Shown here: piece after piece, positions 11,962 to 22,800 of the stretch | How the letters are laid out: every line of letters starts with the position of its first letter | Position numbering within the stretch: position 1 is the stretch's first letter | Assembly: GCA_950097015.1 (NCBI GenBank) | Contig: CATNEN010000031.1 | Location: 2,232,001-2,296,000 of the forward strand | DNA: 64,000 nt | From: Macrostomum hystrix | Taxonomy: Eukaryota; Animalia; Platyhelminthes | Direction of reading: 5' to 3' | Program-made: the position numbers and the translations under genes | The notes under the pieces: generated by a model | Told to the model about the DNA's origin: nothing | What the model saw: the letters and a program-made list of their open reading frames with translations, nothing else | Databases searched by the model: none

Positions 11962-13328
11962 CTGCTGGTCGGCCTGTTCCGCATCCTCGCGTACCGACTC
12001 GCCGAGCGCCTGTCTTCTCAGCCGAGAGTAGAAGGAGCGCACAGCGCAGCAGATGTAGCAGTTGGCCAGGCCGATGATTAGTCCCGGCGCGAACGAGCAG
12101 ACGACGGCGTCCATAGCAACCCAGGCCCGGTGGCTACTGCTGACCCGGCAGAATCGATGACGACTGCCTAAATCATTGGAGCTGCTGAACTCGATCAGCA
12201 GAAAGATGTGCACACTCCAGGCCAGACCGAGTGCCACCACGCCTAACTGAAGGCGACCGGCCTTAGCAGAATCGCCGCCATTGGCTGCGACGGCGTAGGT
12301 ACGGGGAGCGCAGAGGCACAGGCAGCGGTCCAGACTGATGCCGACAAGCAGCCAGGGGCTGAGGAAGGACAGCAGGCCCTGTGGAGCCGGCCAAGTAAGG
12401 ATGGAGAAATTTGCGAGCAGCATATTTAGAGAAATAAGAAACGGTGCTGTAGGAGGAGTAAGAGAAGGAAGAGGCGAGGAAAGGGTAAAAAAGAGGAAAG
12501 GAGGAAGAGGAGGAAGAGGAAGGAGAGGAGGAAGAAGAAGAGGAGGAAGAAGAAGAGGAGGGAGAGGAGAAAGAGGAGGAAGAAGAAGAGGAGGGAGAGG
12601 AGAAAGAGGAGGAAGAAGAAGAGGAGGGAGAGGAGACAGAGGAGGAAGAGGAGGAAGAGGAGGAAGAGGAAGAGGAAGAAGAGGAGGAAAAGGAAGAAGA
12701 AGAGGAGGAAGAGGAAAAAGAGGAAGAGGAGGGAGAGAAGGAAGAGGAAGAGGAGGAAGAGGAGGAAGAGGAGGAAGAGGAAGAGGAGGAAGAGGAGGGA
12801 GAGAATGAAGAGGAAGAGGAGGAAGAGGAAGAGGAGGAAGAGGAGGGAGAGGAAGAGGAAAAAGAGGAGGAAGAGGAGGAAGAGGAGGAAGAGAATGAAG
12901 AGGAAGAGGAGGAAGAGGAAGAGGAGGAAGAGGAGGAAGAGGAAGAGGAAAAAGAGGAGGAAGAGGAGGGAGAGGAGGAAGAGGAAGAGGAAGAGGAAAA
13001 GGAGGAATAGGAAAAGGAGGAAATACGAGTATTAGGTAATCAGGCGCACCTGCAGCAGAGTGCCCAGGTAGCAGACCAGGACGCCTCGATTATGCAGCCG
13101 GCCCAGAGCCTCGGCCAGGTAGGCCAGCAGCAGGAGGCAGTCCACGGCGCTAAGGAAGCGCAACACGCGGGACAGGTAGTGCCGCCGCACTGGGCTGTAG
13201 CAAAAGACGCAGAAGTTCATCAGGTTGATGACGGCGCCAGCAGCGGCGACGCTCACGTTCAAGTAAGAGAGGCCGCGCAGAGCGGTGTCGAATTTGGCGA
13301 TCGACTCCGAGTCTGTGACATTCGACAT
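11168..13328 (-). CDS. Rhodopsin-class 7TM GPCR-2, ~468 aa, with a long third intracellular loop containing poly-Q; exons 13328-13050, 12378-11623, 11539-11168
   Basis: MSNVT...GAVINLMNF (TM1), [10 protein letters not shown] (TM2), ISLDRCLCL (TM3), [10 protein letters not shown] (TM5), LALNLPHY (TM6), [15 protein letters not shown] (TM7/helix 8). Both introns are phase-0 GT-AG. Confidence 0.9.
12440..13020. repeat. GAG/GAA low-complexity purine tract in GPCR-2 intron 1
   Basis: Almost pure A/G run lying between the reconstructed donor (13049) and acceptor (12379). Confidence 0.9.
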
Positions 13329-13354
13329 TGTCCGGCCTGCGATGTGGATTCGAC

Positions 13355-13900
13355 TGGATAGGCTAGCAATCCATTCTCTGCATCACACACTGGATAGGCT
13401 AGCAATCCATTCTCTGCATCACACACTGGATAGGCTAGCAATCCATTCTGTTGCATCACACACTGGATAGGCTAGCAATCCATTCTCTTGTATCACACAC
13501 TGGATAGGCTAGCAATCCATTCTCTTGCATCACACACTGGATAGGCTAGCAATCCATTCTCTGCATCACACACTGGATAGGCTAGCAATCCATTCTCTTG
13601 CATCACACACTGGATAGGCTAGCAATCCATTCTCTTGCATCACACACTGGATAGGCTAGCAATCCATTCTCTTGCATCACACACTGGATAGGCTAGCAAT
13701 CCATTCTCTTGCATCACACACTGGATAGGCTAGCAATCCATTCTCTGCATCACACACTGGATAGGCTAGCAATCCATTCTCTGCATCACACACTGGATAG
13801 GCTAGCAATCCATTCTCTGCATCAGACACTGGATAGGCTAGCAATCCATTCTCTGCATCACACACTGGATAGGCTAGCAATCCATTCTCTGCATCACACA
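13355..13900. repeat. 36-37-bp minisatellite (CTGGATAGGCTAGCAATCCATTCTCTGCATCACACA)n immediately upstream of GPCR-2
   Basis: About 15 copies; shares the core GGATAG..TAGCAATCCATTCT with the 823-1740 array. Confidence 0.95.
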
Positions 13901-14920
13901 CTAAATACCAGTCCGTTAAATCCAGCATTAACATATTAAATATTTAATTAATATAATTATAAATATAATTAAATATAACATATTAAAGTCTGTTAGTATT
14001 AACAGACCAATCCTCACCTGTGACTAAGAGTCTGTTGAGTAGATTATATTTATTTTCTTCTGCAGTCTGGCCTGATTAAAGCGATATTACCGGACCGTGT
14101 GTCCTGACCAATGTGCCGGCAGGAACAGAGCAGTGACGAAAGTGTTTTTTATTTTAGAATTGTAAACAGCCCTTAAACAGGTTGGGGGGTAGAATAAGAA
14201 ACTAGCTAGGAGATATATTATGGGATATATTATATGGGGATATATTAGCCTAGTCCGGTCCGGCGTGGCTAGAATGCAATTCACGGTCTAGTAAAATATC
14301 CTATCCCACCAATACCCGTGGGACCCCGCCGCCACAACTGCACAGCCAATAAGATTTCAAGTTCTTTAGTCTCCGGGGCTGCAGCCACCCCAAACAGCCC
14401 ATAGAATGCTAGCCAAAGCCAGTGCTGTTCCAGTGACCAACTGGGGTTAGAAGGGGTGTGTTCTGCAACAAGCTAGCTACTGGGGCTACAGAGGAATATA
14501 GAAACAATTGATTCATTATCCTCGGAGTTCACAATTTGTGTAACACTGAGCTGGCTCATGGAATCGGGAATCAGGGAATTTAAAGAGTTTGAACCAAGTT
14601 AAATGTTTTTAAAGAAAATCCCTTGTGTCTGTGTTGAAAATCTGTAAATACACGATGACATTGTCTTTGGCTAGTAACTATGTTAGTGTGCAATTTCAGA
14701 GATTGTTTCCATGATTCAGGATGATAAAATGCATATAGAGCTTGGTTAAAAGCATATCTGCTCACATCACAGTAGGAAATAGCGCTGAGCAGTTCCGGTG
14801 AATCGAATCTAAATGCGCATTTCCTGTGTGAGCTGAACTTAGACCCAATAAAATAATTTGATGCCAAACCAGCCCTGTTGGCAACCAAACAGAAACTAAG
14901 ATAAGGTTATTTGCATTGCA

Positions 14921-15759
14921 GGCTGCAGAATTCAGATATGCATGAGACCAGCTCAGATATTCAAGGGAATGGCACAGATATTCAAGGGAATGGCACAGAT
15001 ATTCAAGGGAATGGCACAGATATTCATGGGAATGGCACAGATATTGACGAAAATGGCACAGATATTCATGGGAATGGCACAGATATTGACGAAAATGGCA
15101 CAGATATTCAAGGGAATGGCACAGATATTCATGGGAATGGAACGGATATTGACGAGAATGGCACAGATATTCATGGGAATGGCACAGATATTGACGAAAA
15201 TGGCACAGATATTCATGGGAATGGCACAGATATTGACGAAAATGGCACAGATATTCATGGGAATGGCACAGATATTGACGAAAATGGCACAGATATTCAT
15301 GGGAATGGCACAGATATTCAAGGGAATGGTACAAATATTCTAGGGAATGACACGGATATTCATGAGAATGGCACAGATATTCAAGGGAATGGCACAGATA
15401 TTCATGGGAATGGCACAGATATTCAAGGGAATGACACGGATATTCATGGGAATAATACAGATATTCAAGGGAATGGCACAGATATTCATGGGAATGGCAC
15501 AGATATTCAAGGGAATGACACGGATATTCATGGGAATAATACAGATATTCAAGGGAATGGCACAGATATTCATGGGAATGGGACAGATATTCAAGGGAAT
15601 GACACAGATATTCATGGAAAGGTCACAGATTTTAATAAGAATGACGGAACAGTTCCCGAAAATGACAAAGCTATTTCTGAAAACGGCGGAAAACAATGTT
15701 GCTTATGGTTATGGTCACAGATAAATATTTCACTGGGCAAAATTTACTGCATGAATTGA
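14921..15759 (+). CDS. Putative coding exon of 21-bp/heptad repeats DI(H/Q/D)(G/E)N(G/D/N)T with 31 consecutive N-x-T sequons; parent gene unresolved
   Basis: The frame is open for 849 bp and preceded by TTTGCATTGCAG. Variants are often synonymous in this frame (GGC/GGA/GGT/GGG, ACA/ACG, GAA/GAG), and the non-synonymous ones keep N-x-T. Confidence 0.55.
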
Positions 15760-16290
15760 CATCACAACCTTTTCATCGCGCGCTGGTGTTTTCACAGAAT
15801 CGAAATGTGAATAGTGTCAGATAGTGCAGTTGGTTTAGTCGAGTCACTGACACATGAGGTCGCATCCAGCTGTGGTCAGACGGACCGCAATTCCTATAGG
15901 TATAGAATTACACCCCTGGCCAAGCCACGTTAGTTGATGGGCCATAAAATTCAGGCTGAAATGTCAGGCCGTGCTGCTGAGGGTCTGCATACTTTGCTAT
16001 TTGGCGGACTATGAGGATTCGGGAATTTGTGAATATCGAAGTTACACGACCACACACACACAAGAATCCAGTGTATGCTAGTGTGCATTTAACTGCACAC
16101 ATAAACCACACTGTAACTCCAAGCAATAGTTATCCTAGCAAATCAAATGACTATTTCAGTTAGTGAGCGAGTATATCTGCGTGTGTTTGCGAATGTCTAA
16201 TTTTAGCCGGATTTAAAAATCGATAAAATACGCTCGTTAAAATATTCCGTTAAAAATCGAGGACCACAGGAAGAATAACGGGTCACTTCG

Positions 16291-16641
16291 TTTCTTGGAA
16301 AATTTATAAAAGGCCGATTTTCACGAACAATGCACTAGCAAGATGGGAACTGTTTAAGTTTTTCGCATTAAAATGTTGATAACTTTTTATTGGAAGCAGA
16401 TCCAGTGCTTTAAAAAAATAGCTATCTCGTGACTAACGTAATTTAAAAGTCAGTTTCTAATCAAGTATAAGTGTATCGCGAGAATTATGTAGATTTTTTT
16501 CATTGAGAAATCAGTACGCCAAACACAAGGCTAGTTTTATGTCTGCTTGGTTGCTTCATGATAGATAAACAAAATGAAAATTTCCTATCTCGCTAGTGTA
16601 TTCATCCGTGAAAATCTGCCTTTAATAAAATTTCCAAGAAA
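16291..16641. mobile_element. MITE-like element with ~60-bp imperfect inverted repeats
   Basis: TTTCTTGGAAAATTTATAAAAGGCCGATTTTCACG...CACTAGCAAGATGGGAA (16291-16349) mirrors 16582-16641. No TSD was resolved. Confidence 0.6.
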
Positions 16642-17599
16642 CCATATATAAACGAAATAATTATTACAGTGTTTACTTTTCAAAAGATCGTTTTAATTTT
16701 ATTTTTCCTGTAACGGACTGGGAAATGTAAGAAAAAAATTCTATGAAACATTCCTGTACATTCAGAGGCCGCTCACATTATGCCAGAAATTTTAATGGTA
16801 TTTCTAACTAAAAAACAAATCCACAAGAAATCAAATAATGATTTTTTTAATCTAGAGATGTGTCATTGTCGGTGTAAAGAACAGTTGTAGTGTCTAGAGG
16901 GCTGTCATTTGTCAATTCAGAAAGAAATTCTTTTGGTTTCCTAATGTCTCTGACTGTATTCGGATTGATCATCTTAGTTCCAATATGAATGCCCCATCTA
17001 ATACGATATAAAAGCACTAAAGGGCTAAAAGCATTGCTGGGCGGAAGATCATCTTTCATCCCGACAGCCAGCAGGGCTCTCGACTGTACAACTACCAACT
17101 CTTGACTGCAATTCCCTGAAGTGCGCCAGAGCGAGTCGCTGGATGGAGTCCAAGCACCAAATGCTCGGTTCCTTCTCCCTATCACAGCCCCTACTAGACG
17201 GGACCGCCTGAGAAACACCACCTCACCGGAGGTCGCGGTCCTCTCTGCCTAACCGCTGCATCCGCTCGGGCCGATGCACCCAGCAACCAACCGAAAGCCA
17301 AAAATAGTTTTTGCAGAGTGTTCTCGTGCAGTGTTATTCCATTTTTCAGTTTTCTCCATCCGCTGCTGCTTAACACAAGAAGTCACAATAAGTCTGTCTT
17401 CAATTGGTTCTTCTTTTGCTCTCAGCTATATAATTTTTTTTGCTTAATGAGTTAGCATTGGTCATGCTATGTCGAAGTCATCATCGACACATCCAAAGCG
17501 CTGTGTACACCGATTTAAATTTCTTCCCCAACTAATGCTGATAGCGATTTCTAAAACAATCGGGAATTCAGTGTCTGCTCATGGCACTCCACAAATGGT

Positions 17600-17670
17600 C
17601 TCCCCGTAGAAAGATTCGAACTACCGACCTCTCGATCAGAAGTCCGAAATTCCTAACTACTGGATTACAA
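17600..17670 (-). pseudogene. Degenerate tRNA-like sequence or isolated SINE head
   Basis: The minus strand has a B-box (GTTCGAATC) and a tRNA-like layout, but poor stems. Confidence 0.4.
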
Positions 17671-17734
17671 AAAAGTTTTCTCATAATTCGCTCTCAATTT
17701 CTTAGCAAGATGCAACATGGGTTCACGGGGAGTG

Positions 17735-17995
17735 AGTGGCAGAGCGATTAAAGTTTTCCCGCGGCGAGGCCGCATTAAATTGGGGCGCAGCCGCGGAGAA
17801 GGCTTGGGGGCTTGTCGTGCAATTTACGCCCTTGAGGGCCAACCTCCAAGGCACAGTGAGAGTGTGCACTGCCTGACGATGAGAAAGTCAGGGCAGATGT
17901 ACTCGCCTGTGTGAGCGTGTGCCTGCGGGTCGACTGTCACCAAATGATGTGCCATTCCCTTCAGCCCTCCTGCAATTATTATTATTATTAATATT
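17735..17995 (+). mobile_element. SINE family A copy with internal deletions
   Basis: A-box-like GTGGCAGAGCG, shared body and (ATT)n tail. Confidence 0.8.
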
Positions 17996-18505
17996 AATGC
18001 CCGTTCCCAACGTGTTGCCGAACCTTTGGTGCAGAATTTTGCTGTTGACAACTGAGTTAGCAAAAAGGGGCAGAAAATCTTTTTTAGGAGAAGGAGAGCT
18101 GCCTGCACAAAAAAACCTCATGCCGAGATTTGCCCTCAGGCCAATTGCCAACAGAAGGAATACCCTCGCAAGAGACAGTGGGCTTAGAATATTGGCCTAC
18201 AGTCCTAAATCGTCTGCTGGCTGATCTACGTAAAAGTTTCATGGACCGCAAGTACAATTTTAAGGAAATACTTGTACAGCCAACCGATTGGAGGGCAGAG
18301 AAAAAAAAAGAAAAAGAAAGGAAAGCTTGTCTTAGTGCTTTGCCGCAGTTGAGTTGAGTATAAGTACTCAAAAATCGAGGTATCAAGCCCCCAAGAAGAG
18401 ATAAGAAGGCAAATTGGGCGGAAATAGTGTCCCAAATCAGTTGACTAATACCTAACGGCTTATTGATTTGTGGTATAAAAAACCCTTAGGCCAACTCAGG
18501 TTATT

Positions 18506-18877
18506 GGGGGTCGGTGGCAGAGCGGTTATCGCGTTTGCCTCTCGCACCAAGGTCCCTAAGTTCGATTCCATGGCGAGGCCAAATTTACGAGCTATATGGG
18601 GCGCAGCCGCGGAGAAGGCTTGGGGGCTTGTCTTGCAATTTACGCCCTTGAGGGCCGACCTCCAAGGCACAGTGAAATGTACACTGCCTGATGAGAAAGT
18701 TAGGGCAGATGTACACACCTGTGTGAGCATATGCTTGCGTACGGTATCTGTGTGCGTGTGCTCAGGAGTCAGCGAAACGGGCAGAATTGCCTCCTCGCTG
18801 GCTGCGAGTCTAGTGTCACTAAATGATGCACCATTGCCTGCAGCCTTCCTGCAATTGTTATTACTATTATTATTATT
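18506..18877 (+). mobile_element. SINE family A, full-length copy
   Basis: A box TGGCAGAGCGG, B box GTTCGATTCC and (ATT)n tail. Flanked by a diverged TSD, AACTCAGGTTATT / AACTCAGGCTGTT (11/13). Confidence 0.9.
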
Positions 18878-19840
18878 AACTCAGGCTGTTGTTTCTAGGT
18901 GATTTCTTATAGTGTGGGACAGCATGATGGGTCGGACAGGACGTCAAATAAATTAAAAGAGAAACCTAACCCGACCCTGACAAGCGGTGGTTAATCAAAA
19001 TTAATTCATAAGGGCAAAAGCAGGCAAAAGTGGGTGTGGCAGCTTTTCCAGTCCATTGACTGAACAGCCGTAGAAATCCTTAAGGATGCCGCGCGATTAA
19101 AGGATCGATTTAAAAGTCACGCACGCAGAGCTTGTGAACAAAATGCATATAATCTTTTGCTCCCAGGGTCGACACCAAAGACTTGAGAAATGTGATGTGA
19201 TGCTGATTGATGTTTTAATTTGTTTAGAATCTAGCATTATGTCACTCCCTGACAAAGCATTGGAGTGATTGTTCATTCCTAACAGGAAATGTCACTTCCG
19301 ACTGGCAGCTTATAACATTTTGAACAGCTGTCACATCAGTTTATAATAACAATAATTTATTACACCTGCCCTAATTGGGCCAGATGTGCAGCCGACAGCA
19401 CAGCCGCAGTTATTGAGCGGCGAATCTGAAGGCGGATGCCAAACCCACCCTCAATGTACTAGTAAAATGAAGGCAGTGAAGGTATTAGGAAGTAAAACTT
19501 TTTTAATTTTATTTAGTTGATATTGTTGCGTGCATTGCTAGTTTCCTATTTGAGATAACATCAGTTTATTTTATGCACAGTAGATCAACTTGAATTCGCA
19601 TATTTTCAGTAGGAAAACTTGTTAGCCAATCAACAACATGCGCTCTTCTAGCTACTGAAAGTAGCTCACGAGAGTGCAGCTGGGAAATTTAGAAAAAAAG
19701 AACGTAGTTTCAAACTTAAGCTGCCAGGACGGTGGCAAAAGTACATTCATCCAACTGAAACTAACCAATTGCTTTGTCAATTGCTTTTCAATCAGATGCA
19801 TTTAACTAACAAATGCTAGAAGCAGGTGCTTCGAGTTGCG

Positions 19841-22800
19841 CTAAAGCAGGCCCTGACGCTTCAAATCCTCGAACACCTTCTTGGTGACAACATTGCCCAT
19901 GGAGTCTTCGAATTCTTCCTCGGCGTCCGGCCGCCAGCGCTCCTGCTCCTTCTGGGTGCGCAGCCGCTGCCACAGGGCGATGGCGTCCTCGATGCTGGTG
20001 ACATTGGCGAAGTGGGCCGTGTTGGGGATGCCAAGGCAGCGCATGCCGTGCGCGTGCCGCCATTCGGCGAAGTGACGCTGAAAAGCCTTCGGCCCCCTGT
20101 AGGTGTGGTTGCCGCAGATCTCGCAGGTGTAGTACAGGTTGAGGCCGTGCAGTTTGTACAGCCAATAGGGAATGGGCTTGCCGTCCCAGCCTAATGGCAG
20201 GTTCTTAGGATTGTACGGTACATCGTCGTCGTCCTGATCGTCGTCGTCGTTGTTGTCGTTGCGCGAGTCAAAGCCGCGGCCGGCGCCGTCAATCATTTCG
20301 ATGTCTTCTTCGTCTGAGTCGTCAGCCTGATGCGGAATAATGTAATTAAAGATTAAGCAAGGAGAAACGCAGCCAGCAAGAAGACAATTCTGCTTATTTG
20401 CTGACTCCTGAGCTTACTCACACGCACACAGATACCGTACGCAGGCACACGCTCACACAGGTGTGTACATCTGCCTGTATTTTCTCATCGTCAGGCAGTG
20501 CACACTCTCACTGTGCCTTGGAGGTCGGCACTCAAGGGCGTAAATTGCACGGCCAACCCCCCAAAACCTTCACTCAGCGGCTGCGCCCAAAATGAATGTG
20601 GCCTCGCCGCAGAATCGAGCTCAGGGACCTTGGTGCGAGAGGCACTCTCGTACTCTTAGACCGCTCTGCCACTCACACCCGCAATTGTAACTACACCTTC
20701 GAAGATGTTAACTTCTATAAAATAAACCACCGCATTTTCTAAACCAAGGGTTGGAATTATTAATTAACTCAGAGATAAGATAGAGCAATACACTCTAATG
20801 AGTAAGGAGAGAGACGACACGACATTAGACAGGGGAGAGATGAGACATGGGTAGAGAGAAGAGACACGGGAGAGATGAGACAGAGGAGAGAGTTGAGACA
20901 GTGGAGAGATGAGATATGGGTAGAGATGAGACAAGGGTACTGAGATGAGACCGCAGATGAGACACGGTAAGAGATGAGACGGCAGGTATGAGACATGGTT
21001 AGAGAGATGGGTCAGGAACGTTAAGGTGTTAAACGGTTAGAGGCTTGCAGCCCTGATCCAAAGCTGATTTAATAAAAACACAGAAGATCCTATTTCCAGG
21101 AGTCTATCTCTCTAAACACCTAGATCCTAGCAATAACTAAAAAATGCAAGCTGTTTGAGACGAAGCCAACCTTGTAATCCGCGCGCGCCTGTTTGCGCAC
21201 CGCTCGCTCTCTCGTGGCGGCCCGCTCCTCGCTGAGCAGTTCGCACAGGCGATAGACCCGAGCTTCGATGCTGGCCACATCGCGCTGGGCCTCAGTCCGC
21301 TGCTGCTGATGCCCGGTAACCGGGGCCGCAGAACTGGGCCGCTTAGCGAACAGGCCAGGCTCCAGGTCGGCCAGCCGGCGACCCTTCGTAGACCAGAGCC
21401 GGCGGGCCCGCTCCTCCAGGCTGCCGCCGCACTTCAGGCCCAGAGCGGTCAGCGCCGACTTCAGCCGGTCCAGGCCTAGCGAGGCCAGCTCCTCCCAGCG
21501 GGAGAAGGCGGCCAGATCCAGGTGGGCGCCCGTGTGAGCCATGGCCGAGGCGGCCTCTTTGGCCCAGCCGGGAAATTCGCCGGCCGGCCATTGCCGTTCG
21601 AAAGCGGCGTCGGCCGATGAGAATTCGGCATCCAAGTCGATCATGGGCCTGGCGCGCCGGCAGAAATCGGTTAAGTAGGCCAGCAGCTGCTGGACGTACT
21701 GGCGATAAGCGGCTGATGATTTGCGCTCGCGTGACAGGTCAAACAGGCGATCAAAGATAGCCAGGTAAGTGGCGTAGTCGATGCGATCGATGCCTTTCAA
21801 ATTGAGATAGCGATCGTGGCACAGGTGCAAGTCCAGGTAGCGGCCGTAGGCTTCTTCGTCGGAGAATTCCACAATCTGGGCGCCGGCCTCCTCTGGATTT
21901 TCGCGCATGCTGACGAAGCGCTCAAACTCAACTGACAGGGGGGCAGCGATTTCATCTGGCCTTCGGCGGTGATGCTCGCGGATCGCCTGCAGAGAGTATA
22001 ATTCACTGATAAACTACTCATGTCAGTAGTATTTCTGAGCTTATGCGGGAACTCAAACTCAAACTCACACGTGCCCTAGCAGTCGCAACGCTCAGACAGC
22101 TGGCTTAAAAATACCTGACAGCCAGCCCTACAAACTGAACATTAAGACAGCCAGCCCTACAAACTGAACATTAAGACAGCCAGCCCTACAAACTGAACAT
22201 TAAGACAGCCAGCCCTACAAACTGAACATTAAGACAGCCAGCCCTACAAACTGAACATTAAGACAGCCAGCCCTAGCCCTACAAACTGAACATTAAGACA
22301 GCCAGCCATACAAACTGAACATTAAGACAGCCCGCCACAGTGCTCATGGGAAGTCAAAATGGCACAAAAAATTGCCCAAGAAAATGATTTTGTAAACCAT
22401 ATACCAGAGCACCTCGTATACCCAGAACAGGTTTTTTTTAATCGTAAGTGCTTGTCCTAGCGTACAACAGACTTTTTATTTTGTTCGGCCAAAACAGGCT
22501 CTTAATTGCGACGTTGCTATGGGAAAAAACTTATTAAAATTGAATTAGTAAAAGCTTATGCATAGTAGTCTGTTTTAACAGCGTATTTTTTCAGAAAAAA
22601 ATTGTCACTTATAACCTTAAAACATAAATGTGAGCTACACATGAAAGCCATTGTAAGCAACAACAGCTCGGAGCAGTTCGTTTGGGAAAGTGCTGTGCTG
22701 CATGGGCACAGCATATCGCTGCCATGTTAGAGCGAAATCCCGGTGCACGCTCTCGAAGGCTTGCTCGCTAAACGTGCCTAGTGGTCTCCCAGTGACGGCG

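Noticed and set aside
12338-13035. Arg/Gly- and Arg/Lys-rich ORFs (protamine-like)
   Set aside because: Low-complexity purine tract on the antisense strand of GPCR-2 intron 1.
16847-18435. Assorted 60-125-aa ORFs between the heptad ORF and SF3A3
   Set aside because: No domain signature; partly SINE-derived, possibly decayed retroelement sequence.
18684-18710. Hammerhead ribozyme core CTGATGAG in a SINE copy
   Set aside because: There is no stem II plus GAAA arrangement, and other copies read CTGACGATGAG.
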